Position numbers and translations under genes: made by a program. Below are positions 1-6,795 of a DNA stretch of 14,176 nucleotides, piece after piece. Source of the stretch: Armatimonadota bacterium (GTDB taxonomy: Bacteria; Armatimonadota; UBA10988); assembly GCA_016235455.1 (NCBI GenBank), contig JACRKZ010000178.1, positions 1-14,176 of the forward strand. Reading direction: 5' to 3'. How positions within the stretch are numbered: position 1 is the stretch's first letter; each line of letters starts with the position of its first letter. The notes under the pieces are model-generated. The model saw only the letters and a program-made list of their open reading frames with translations. It searched no databases and was not told the origin of the DNA.

Positions 1-371
1 AATCCCATCCCCTGCCGGGGGTCGCCGGGGTCCACCAGAAGGTCGTTGTAGGCATACCCGGTCGCCCAGCCGGCGCCGGCGGGACGCGCCGAAGGGCAGC
101 CAGCGATGAGCTCTCGTCCGTGGAAGTACGGCTCCAGCAGCGGCCGCCAATCGCGCCGGCCGGTTGCCGGCGGCGGCAGGAAGCGCTCGTCGTAGTCTGC
201 GACGTAGATGGTGAGATGCTGACAAAGAACGGACACGTGGGAGCGGCACTCCGACTGCCTGGCCGACGCGCGGGCCGACGCGAAGATCGGCGCCACAACC
301 ATCAGCAGGATCAGCAGTAGACCGCTGGTGATCACCAACTCGGTCATGGTGTAGGCACGCGCTCGGCGCAT
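1..371 (-). CDS. Prepilin-type N-terminal cleavage/methylation domain protein (DUF1559-like, divergent), 3'-truncated by window edge
   Basis: Not in ORF track. Manual translation from ATG at 371: MRRARAYTMTELVITSGLLLILLMVVAPIFASARASARQSECRSHVSVLCQHLTIYVADYDERFLPP...DWRPLLEPY...GCPS...GYAYN. It aligns with the neighbouring paralogue ([10 protein letters not shown]...[18 protein letters not shown]...[10 protein letters not shown]...W...IQPY...CPS...SYGCN). The frame stays open to the window start. Confidence 0.88.
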   Translation of the reverse strand, partial: MRRARAYTMTELVITSGLLLILLMVVAPIFASARASARQSECRSHVSVLCQHLTIYVADYDERFLPPPATGRRDWRPLLEPYFHGRELIAGCPSARPAGAGWATGYAYNDLLVDPGDPRQGMG

Positions 372-438
372 GGTCCCGCCCCGCCCGCGGCAGGCACCGC
401 GGCTGCTGGCGTAGCTACTGACGCGGATCGTCTGATGG

Positions 439-472
439 CGCCAGCCCAGCGGGCAAGCCCGCTGGGCTGGCG
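439..472 (-). terminator. Perfect 15-bp stem hairpin downstream of the prepilin-like gene (terminator or mRNA-stabilising stem; no U tract)
   Basis: CGCCAGCCCAGCGGG-CAAG-CCCGCTGGGCTGGCG, 16 nt after the stop at 489. On the transcribed strand the loop reads G(CUUG)C, a known stable tetraloop. Confidence 0.65.
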
Positions 473-488
473 TGCTGCTCCCGAGGGC

Positions 489-1181
489 CTAGTTGTAGGC
501 CGTCTGGCAGTTGAGGATCTGGGTCTGCGACTGAGCCGTCCAAGGAGCCTGGTTGGGGCCGTTGATGCTCCACATGTTGATCGGTCCAGCGGCGTTGTAG
601 ACCGCCGTCGCCTTCAGGGCCTTCACGTGCCCATCGGCAAACAGCCAGTTGGCCGTGCCCATGTGCCCGAGGAAGATGCCGCCCTTGGCGTCATTGCGCC
701 AGTCCCAGCAGTAGTCGAGGTTCATCTCGCTCCAGCCCTGGTTGCTCTCGCAGACCAGGATCAGCGACGCCGGCGCCATCACCGCCGCCAACGCGCGAGC
801 GCCGCCCCACGGCATGGGCGACTCGCCGTTGTAGTCCCAGCCGTTGCAGCCGTAGGAGATGGGCATCACACCATCGCTGCTGCCATTGGCATTGTGGGTG
901 TTGGACGGGCACGCGAACACCTGGCCGCTCTTGATGTACGGCTGGATGTTGACACGCCAGGAGTGCGGTTCGTCGTAGCTGTTGCGGCCAGGAAACTTCT
1001 CGTCGTAGTCCTGGCAGTACTGCAGGATGGCCACACCCATCTGCTTCTCGTTGCTCTGGCAGCTGGACTGGCGCGCCTTCTCACGCGCCTTGGCGAATAC
1101 GGGGAACAGGATGGCCGCGAGGATCGCAATGATCGCAATCACGACCAGCAGTTCGATCAGAGTGAACGCTCTCCGCTTCAT
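489..1181 (-). CDS. Prepilin-type N-terminal cleavage/methylation protein with H-X9-DG motif (DUF1559-like), 230 aa
   Basis: MKRRA|[36 protein letters not shown] class III signal; C-terminal [15 protein letters not shown] is H-X9-DG; AGGAG RBS at 1191-1195. Confidence 0.95.
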   Translation of the reverse strand: MKRRAFTLIELLVVIAIIAILAAILFPVFAKAREKARQSSCQSNEKQMGVAILQYCQDYDEKFPGRNSYDEPHSWRVNIQPYIKSGQVFACPSNTHNANGSSDGVMPISYGCNGWDYNGESPMPWGGARALAAVMAPASLILVCESNQGWSEMNLDYCWDWRNDAKGGIFLGHMGTANWLFADGHVKALKATAVYNAAGPINMWSINGPNQAPWTAQSQTQILNCQTAYN

Positions 1182-1406
1182 ATCGTGACACTCCTCTGGG
1201 GATGCCGCCGAGCGCGCCAGGCAACTCCAGTCGTCTCCCCTGTGTCATCACAATTCGACGCTGCCCGGCAAGTTCCTTCTCGGTAAACAAGGTCAGGTAT
1301 CCGACACCAGATCGTGCATCCTTCGGCCCCGCCAGAACCTGTGCGTCCGGCCGCTCCAGGACAGCAACCGTGAGCGGACTCGAGCCGGACTTGCCGGCAG
1401 ATGTGC

Positions 1407-1440
1407 CCTGACGCCCAAGCCGCCTTAGTTTCCCGTCAGG
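1407..1440 (-). terminator. Hairpin immediately after the sulfatase stop codon (possible terminator, no U tract)
   Basis: Minus strand reads CCUGACG-GGAAA-CUAAG-GCGG-CUUGG-G-CGUCAGG: 7-bp outer stem plus 5-bp inner stem, starting directly after the TAG. Confidence 0.4.
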
Positions 1441-2826
1441 CTACTCTGCACCCTGGCCCTGGCGTCCGCCGATATCGCGCGCATCTGTCTTCGGTAGCCA
1501 GCGGGCCAACTCCGCCTTGCGCGGCGCGAGCTCTGCCCGGCCCGCCAGGTTCGTCCACTCGTTGGGGTCGGCCGTCTCGTCGTACAGTTCCTCGTCGCCG
1601 TTGGCGTAGCGGATGTAGCGCCAGCTTTCGTTGCGCACGGCGTGGTTGCGGTACTGGTAGGTGGTCACGGCCGGCCGGTCCCAGGCCGCCGTGGGATCGG
1701 CCAGCAACGGCCGGAGGCTGACACCCTCGACGTGAGCCGGCGTTTGGATGTCGCACAGGTCGCACAAGGTGGGATAGATGCCCATCAAGTCCACCGTGCG
1801 GTGGCAGTGCTGGTCGGGCCGGGCCAGGCCGGGCACCACCCAGATGTGGGGCGCGCGCGTGGCTTCCTCCCATAGGGCAAACTTGCGCCAGTGCAGCTTC
1901 TCACCCAGATGCCAGCCGTGGTCGCTCCAGAAGCAGATGATCGTGTTGTCGCGGTACGCCGACTGGTCGAACGCGTCGAGCAGCCGGCCGACCTGGTAGT
2001 CGCTGTAGGAGATGGTGGCCAGATAGGCTTGTACCGCCTCTTTCCAGCGGCCCGAGGCGACCATCTTGGCGTGGTCGCCGTTGGGGCGGGCCAGGGCCAC
2101 GCCCGCGGCGGGTACATCGTTCAGGTCGTCGTCGCGATGCGGTGGCAACTGGATGTCGGTCAGCGGATGTAGGTCGAACCACCGGCGCGGCACGTACCAG
2201 GGCATGTGCGGCTTGTGCAGCCCGACGGCCAGGAACAGCGGCTTATCGTGCCTGGTCCGCAACTGGTTGATGCCGTAGTCGACGATGCGCGAATCGGGCA
2301 GGTCCTCGTCACGACAGTCGACCGCGCCGAAGCGAATGCCGCCGACGCCCGGGTTGGCCGGCGGGGCCGGCGTCGTGCCCTCGCTGGCCAGGTAGTCGTC
2401 CCACTCGGAGCGCCGGTTGTACGCCTCGTGGTAGATCTTGCCCGAGCCGCAGACGTGGTAGCCGGCGCCGCGGAACGCCGTGGGCAGCGTCTTCTCCGGC
2501 GCGATGACCCGGCGCCAGTCGTTGTCGTTCTCGTAGACGCCGGTGGTCGAAGGCCGCAGACCGGACATGAGCGCCGCGCGCGAGGCATTGCATACCGGCG
2601 CGGGGCAGTAGGGCCGGGTGAACCACACGCCACGCCGCGCCAGCCGGTCGAGGTTGGGCGTCCGGGTCTGCGGGTTGTGGCCCAGATAGCCGACCCAGTC
2701 GCGCAGGTCGTCGATGGCGATGAACAGCACATTGGGTCGACGCGCCGGCTCGGCCCGCGCGAACGCGCCGACGCCGAGCGCGGCGGCGGCGGTCAGGAAG
2801 GTACGGCGGCTCGTTGACGCAGGCAT
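1441..2826 (-). CDS. Tat-exported formylglycine-dependent (S1) sulfatase, iduronate-2-sulfatase/choline-sulfatase-like, 461 aa
   Basis: Start revised to ATG 2826 (GGAGGT at 2831-2836). SRRTFL twin-arginine signal; PNVLFIAIDDL; CNASR-AALMSG signature; GKIYH; GLHKPHMPW; WSDHGWHLGEK..W.K..LWE; ELYD...DPNEW.NLA. Confidence 0.95.
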   Translation of the reverse strand: MPASTSRRTFLTAAAALGVGAFARAEPARRPNVLFIAIDDLRDWVGYLGHNPQTRTPNLDRLARRGVWFTRPYCPAPVCNASRAALMSGLRPSTTGVYENDNDWRRVIAPEKTLPTAFRGAGYHVCGSGKIYHEAYNRRSEWDDYLASEGTTPAPPANPGVGGIRFGAVDCRDEDLPDSRIVDYGINQLRTRHDKPLFLAVGLHKPHMPWYVPRRWFDLHPLTDIQLPPHRDDDLNDVPAAGVALARPNGDHAKMVASGRWKEAVQAYLATISYSDYQVGRLLDAFDQSAYRDNTIICFWSDHGWHLGEKLHWRKFALWEEATRAPHIWVVPGLARPDQHCHRTVDLMGIYPTLCDLCDIQTPAHVEGVSLRPLLADPTAAWDRPAVTTYQYRNHAVRNESWRYIRYANGDEELYDETADPNEWTNLAGRAELAPRKAELARWLPKTDARDIGGRQGQGAE

Positions 2827-2845
2827 CACGACCTCCAGCCTGGAC

Positions 2846-2873
2846 AGGATTGCCCGCCGCAGCGGCCAATCCT
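2846..2873. promoter_or_regulatory. Inverted repeat AGGATTG-N14-CAATCCT centred in the 68-bp divergent sulfatase intergenic region
   Basis: Perfect 7-bp arms at 2846-2852 and 2867-2873, with an inner GCCGC-A-GCGGC palindrome. It lies nearly equidistant from both start codons (19 and 21 nt). Confidence 0.45.
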
Positions 2874-2894
2874 TGCGGCGGAACGGAGTCGATA

Positions 2895-4451
2895 GTGCGC
2901 AACGTGACGCGACGATCACTGCTCGCCGCCGCGGGCGGTGCCCTGGGCGCTCTGGCGGCACGGCGCGGCTCGGGCCAGGCCACCACGCGGCCCAACGTGC
3001 TGGTCATCCATTGCGATGAACTGAGCTTCCGGGCGCTGGGCTGCTATCGCGCCCAGTTGCCCGCCGAGCAGTCGCTGGTCTGGGGAACCCAGGCCGCGCT
3101 CTACACGCCGAACATCGACCGACTGGCCCGGGCCGGCGTCCTGTGCGATCGGTTCTATGCCGCATCGCCGGTGTGCACGCCGTCGCGCGCGGCGTTCGTT
3201 AGCGGCCGCTACCCGCAGAACACCGGCGCGGTGGCCAACGACCTGCCGCTGGCCGACGACGTGGAGACCTTCGCCGCGGTGTTGGCGCGCGCCGGCTATG
3301 CCACCGGCTATGCCGGCAAGTGGCACCTGGACGGCGCCGCCCGGCCCGGCTGGACCCCAGCGCGGCGGTTCGGGTTCGCCGACAACCGCTTCATGTTCAA
3401 CCGCGGCCACTGGAAGCAACTCGAAGACACGACCCAGGGACCACGCGTTCGGGCCGTCAACGCAGGCGGGCAGCCCACCTATGCCGTGGCCGGCGCCGAC
3501 GCGACGTCGTTCACCACCGACTTCCTGACCGACCGCACCATCGAGTTTGCAGAGCGCCATGCCGCCGGACCGTTCGCCTGGATGCTCAGCATCCCCGACC
3601 CGCACGATCCCAACACCGTGCGGCCACCGTACGACGCGATGTTCGCCGATGTGCACTTCGATGAGCCGGCCTCGGCCAAGCAGGTGCCGGCCGACCTGCC
3701 CGGTTGGGCGCAGCCGGCCGCGGGCCGCTTCGCTCAGGCGCCCATGCAGCGCTACTTCGGCATGGTCCGTTGCATCGACGACAACGTCGGACGCATCCTG
3801 GCCGCGCTTGACCGTCTGAAGCTCACCGAGCGCACGATCATCGTCTTCACCGCCGACCACGGCGACCTGTGCGGTGAGCACGGCCGGCACAACAAGGGCG
3901 TGCCACTGGAGGCTTCGGCGCGCATCCCGTTCATCATCGTCGCGCCCGGGCTGCTCAAAGCGGGCCAGGTGGACCGCACGCCGCTGACCACGGCCGACTT
4001 CAAGCCGACGCTGCTGGGCCTGCTGGGACTACGGAGCGCCGGGCATGACGAAGGGCGCAACGCCGCGCCGCTGCTGCGCGGCGACAGGGCGCCAGACGGC
4101 TGGCGCAATGAGGCCATGGTGCGCATCGGCACGGCGGAGAGCGGCAACGCCTGGTTCGGTGTGTTCACCGCGCACCACAAGCTGATCCTCTCGCCCTATG
4201 ACCCGCCCTGCCTGTTCGATCTCAGCGACGACCCGTTCGAGCTGCGCAACCGCTTCGCCGAGCCAGGCCAGCGCGAGCTGGTCCGCTCCCTGAGCCGGTC
4301 GTTGCGGGACCATGCCCAGCGCTACCACGAGCCGCTCCTGGCCATCACGGCGGTCAAGGCCGACCTGGACTGGTGCGTGGAGGCCACGACCCCGTACCGC
4401 TCGACCCACACGCCACGCCGGCCGGCACGGCTCGTCGAGCCCGAGGAATGA
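2895..4451 (+). CDS. Tat-exported formylglycine-dependent (S1) sulfatase, 518 aa
   Basis: Start revised to GTG 2895 (GGAG at 2885-2888). TRRSLL twin-arginine signal; PNVLVIHCDE; TPNIDRLA..G; CTPSR (Cys codon at 3174); GYAGKWHL; PDPHDP; FTADHGD..GEHG..NK; LFDL..DPFEL.N. Confidence 0.95.
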   Translation: MRNVTRRSLLAAAGGALGALAARRGSGQATTRPNVLVIHCDELSFRALGCYRAQLPAEQSLVWGTQAALYTPNIDRLARAGVLCDRFYAASPVCTPSRAAFVSGRYPQNTGAVANDLPLADDVETFAAVLARAGYATGYAGKWHLDGAARPGWTPARRFGFADNRFMFNRGHWKQLEDTTQGPRVRAVNAGGQPTYAVAGADATSFTTDFLTDRTIEFAERHAAGPFAWMLSIPDPHDPNTVRPPYDAMFADVHFDEPASAKQVPADLPGWAQPAAGRFAQAPMQRYFGMVRCIDDNVGRILAALDRLKLTERTIIVFTADHGDLCGEHGRHNKGVPLEASARIPFIIVAPGLLKAGQVDRTPLTTADFKPTLLGLLGLRSAGHDEGRNAAPLLRGDRAPDGWRNEAMVRIGTAESGNAWFGVFTAHHKLILSPYDPPCLFDLSDDPFELRNRFAEPGQRELVRSLSRSLRDHAQRYHEPLLAITAVKADLDWCVEATTPYRSTHTPRRPARLVEPEE

Positions 4452-4457
4452 GCGAGG

Positions 4458-4919
4458 CTAGATGTAGTACATGGGCTCGTCGGGCGGGCTGATGGGCATC
4501 GCCGCGGCCCGTTCCACGAGATCGGCCAGGGTCGTCTTGTCGAGCACTTCGGCGATGGCGTTGCGCACTTCCAGCCAGGTGGGCCGCAGCACGCAGCGTG
4601 ACTGGTCGGGGCAGGTGCAGGTCCGATAGGCGGTCTGACTGACGCAGGAGATGGGTGCCAGCGGACCGTCGGTGGCACGGATGATCTCACCCAGGGTGAT
4701 CAGCTCGGGCGGCCGCGACAGCAGGTAGCCGCCCTGGCGACCGCGCGCGCTGTACACGAGCCGGGCGCTCTTGAGCGCCAACAGAACCTGCTCCAGGTAC
4801 TTCTTGGGGATGTCCTGACGCTGCGCGATGACCTCGATGCTCTGTGGACCTTCGTTGAACCGCAGGCTCAGGTCCAGCATGGCGCGCGACGCGTACTGGC
4901 CCTTGGTGGTCAAGTGCAA
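4458..4919 (-). CDS. Rrf2-family transcriptional regulator (IscR/CymR-like), 153 aa
   Basis: Start revised to TTG 4919 (GGAGAG at 4925-4930). MHLTTKGQYASRAMLDL; wHTH IAQRQDIPKKYLEQVL; S.RG..GGYLLSRP..ITLGEIIRA.DG; C-x8-C-x-C-x5-C; L..TTLADL; C-terminal MYYI. Confidence 0.95.
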   Translation of the reverse strand: MHLTTKGQYASRAMLDLSLRFNEGPQSIEVIAQRQDIPKKYLEQVLLALKSARLVYSARGRQGGYLLSRPPELITLGEIIRATDGPLAPISCVSQTAYRTCTCPDQSRCVLRPTWLEVRNAIAEVLDKTTLADLVERAAAMPISPPDEPMYYI

Positions 4920-4920
4920 A

Positions 4921-4946
4921 CAGACTCTCCGGGTAAGGACACTCTG
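4921..4946. promoter_or_regulatory. Imperfect 26-bp palindrome, candidate Rrf2 autoregulatory operator
   Basis: CAGACTCTCC-N6-GGACACTCTG (8/10 arm complementarity), directly downstream of the -10 box and covering the predicted TSS and RBS. Confidence 0.5.
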
Positions 4947-4975
4947 AGCGTAGGGCCACGCCGGGGTGACGTCAA
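4947..4975 (-). promoter_or_regulatory. Sigma70-type promoter of the Rrf2 gene
   Basis: TTGACG (4975-4970) - 17 nt - TACGCT (4952-4947), 27 nt upstream of the start codon. Confidence 0.75.
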
Positions 4976-5037
4976 GCCCAAGCAGGAGTCCCGTCGCGAG
5001 CGGCGCAACCTGTCCGTCAGTCGTCGAGGAGTTGGGA

Positions 5038-6705
5038 ATGGTCCGAATCGAGGGCAGCCAGATCGTCGCCGAGACCCTGACCTGCCGCGCCGTGTTCGAG
5101 AACGGCTGGCTCTGTGAGTTGACCAACCGCCGCACTGGCGAGCCGTTGCTGAGTGGCGTCGACTCGTCGCGCTCGGCCCTGGCGCTGCTGCACCCGGGCC
5201 ACGGCACCACCGATGTCATGGGCAAGCTGGCCGCCACGGTCAGTCTGCACGCGCTCTCGCCCACCTCGGCGCAGTTCCGCATCAGCGGCTGGGATGCCGA
5301 CGGCATCGTCACCATCAGCGAGGACCCCGAGACAGGCGACGTGCTGGTGGAGCCATCGGCCTACAGTTCGCGGCCGGGCCTGCTCAGTGTGCGCTGGCGC
5401 GTCGACGGTGTGCGCGATGACCTGCAGCTGGTGGCGCCGTTCTTCCAGGGCACCCGGCTGCCATTGGGCGACCCGCTGCTGGTGCGCCGCTGGTTCTGGC
5501 CGCACTTCTGGGAGGCGGGCCTGGCCATCCTCGAGGGCGAGGGTTCCGGCTTCTGGATCCACTGCCGCGACCGCGCCTACCGCTACAAGGCGCTGAACAT
5601 CGAGGGCCGCGAGCTGGGCTTCGAGACCGAGGCCTACGGCCCGATCGACACCAGCCTGGGGGCCGGCGGCCTGGTCTGGCGCATCAACGTGTTCGAGGGC
5701 GACTGGCGCCGGCCGGCGAGCATCTACCGCGACTGGCTGTGGTCGGCCTACCACCTCGACGAGCAGCAGGCGCTGCGCTGCGCTTGGCACCAGGACATCC
5801 GTTTTGCGGTGAGCTGGTACAACGGCAACCCCGACGTGCTCGACGCGCTGGCCGAGAAGCTCGACCCGCGCAGCGTATTGCTGCACTACAGCCAGTGGCG
5901 CACCGACGCCTACGACGAGAATTATCCGACCTTCACACCATCCGAGCAGGGCAAGGCGGTCATCGCCAAGGCCAACGCCATGGGCTTCCACATCATGCCG
6001 CACGCCAACAGCGTGGACATGGACCCGAGCCACCCGGCCTATGCCTACCTGCGCGAATTCGAGTATCGCGATGTAGCGACCAGGCGCCGGCTCGGCTGGG
6101 GTTGGGATCCCGTGGCCGGCGGCGTGCTGGGCGTGCCCAACAGCAGCCACAACCTGGCCGACAACCGCGCACGCAAGGTAATGGTCAAGATCCACCCGGG
6201 CCTGGCCATGTGGCGCAGCATCCTCTGCGAGGAGATCGCCCGGGCGCTCGAACAGGCACCCAACGACGCGATCTTCATCGACGTGACGCTGTGCAGCCAC
6301 AACCTGCACCAATGCCTGGTGGAAAACACCACCTCCAGCGAGGGCATGGACCGGCTCATCCGCCAGATCCAAGGCCTCGGCGGCGGCCTGACCGTAGGGG
6401 GCGAAGGCATCAACGAAGTCACCATGCAGGGCCTGTCGTTCGCCCAGGCCCACCTGTTCAACTCCTGGCACGCCACTGCCGACGGCCTGGCCCGCGCCGG
6501 CGGCGCCGCGCTGGGCGACTTCCTCTGGGGCAAGTTGTGCCGCGCCTTTGGCTACAGCGGCCTGTCGGGCGCCAACCAGGAGTCCGAGGTGCGCATGGGC
6601 CTGCACGAGCAACTCGGCGCCATCCCGACCATCACCATCGGCGGGCCGGACGACATCCGCCAGCCTAACAAGGCGGTGGCGGCGGCGATGGAGCGGGCGC
6701 GGTAA
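5038..6705 (+). CDS. DUF6259-like putative glycoside hydrolase (beta-rich N-terminus plus predicted TIM barrel), no signal peptide, 555 aa
   Basis: Start revised to ATG 5038 (GAGGAG at 5026-5031). Motifs GDWRRPASIYRDW, LLHYSQWRTDAYDENYPTF, AMGFHIMPHAN, DAIFIDVT and GGEG.NE resemble DUF6259/GH-like barrels. The CDS is well supported; the family call is from motif recall only. Confidence 0.7.
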   Translation: MVRIEGSQIVAETLTCRAVFENGWLCELTNRRTGEPLLSGVDSSRSALALLHPGHGTTDVMGKLAATVSLHALSPTSAQFRISGWDADGIVTISEDPETGDVLVEPSAYSSRPGLLSVRWRVDGVRDDLQLVAPFFQGTRLPLGDPLLVRRWFWPHFWEAGLAILEGEGSGFWIHCRDRAYRYKALNIEGRELGFETEAYGPIDTSLGAGGLVWRINVFEGDWRRPASIYRDWLWSAYHLDEQQALRCAWHQDIRFAVSWYNGNPDVLDALAEKLDPRSVLLHYSQWRTDAYDENYPTFTPSEQGKAVIAKANAMGFHIMPHANSVDMDPSHPAYAYLREFEYRDVATRRRLGWGWDPVAGGVLGVPNSSHNLADNRARKVMVKIHPGLAMWRSILCEEIARALEQAPNDAIFIDVTLCSHNLHQCLVENTTSSEGMDRLIRQIQGLGGGLTVGGEGINEVTMQGLSFAQAHLFNSWHATADGLARAGGAALGDFLWGKLCRAFGYSGLSGANQESEVRMGLHEQLGAIPTITIGGPDDIRQPNKAVAAAMERAR

Positions 6706-6795
6706 AAGCCAGCCGAAGTCAGGGGCGTGCGACATTGGCGCTACAGTCGTCCTGGGACGAGGCGATAGGTACACTGGGTTCGGGCCGCGGCGGCG

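Noticed and set aside
1255-1276. GGAACTT...CGTCGAA on the minus strand as an ECF sigma promoter
   Set aside because: The spacer is about 10-11 nt, well short of the usual 16-17.
435-1286. 283-aa plus-strand ORF
   Set aside because: Antisense shadow of the prepilin-like gene, with no motifs; expected in high-GC DNA.
1400-1440. GGGAAAC-stem-GGCG resembling a c-di-GMP-I riboswitch
   Set aside because: Lacks the GNRA loop, CGCAAAG and tetraloop receptor; a simple post-stop hairpin explains it.
2841-2876. Sigma54 -24/-12 promoter in the sulfatase intergenic region
   Set aside because: GG-to-GC spacings are 8 and 9 nt rather than the required 10.
2846-2881. H-type pseudoknot formed by the two crossing inverted repeats
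   Set aside because: Loop 3 would be 0 nt, which is sterically implausible for full pairing; treated as alternative stems.
2814-2961. Apparent head-to-head overlap of the two sulfatase ORFs
   Set aside because: Artifact of longest-ORF calling; RBS and Tat signals place the starts at 2826 (-) and 2895 (+).
4920-5315. 132-aa N-terminal extension of the Rrf2 ORF
   Set aside because: Overlaps the opposite gene and the Rrf2 promoter; family homology starts at 4919.
5017-6774. 585-aa minus-strand ORF
   Set aside because: Antisense shadow of the DUF6259-like gene, with no domain motifs.
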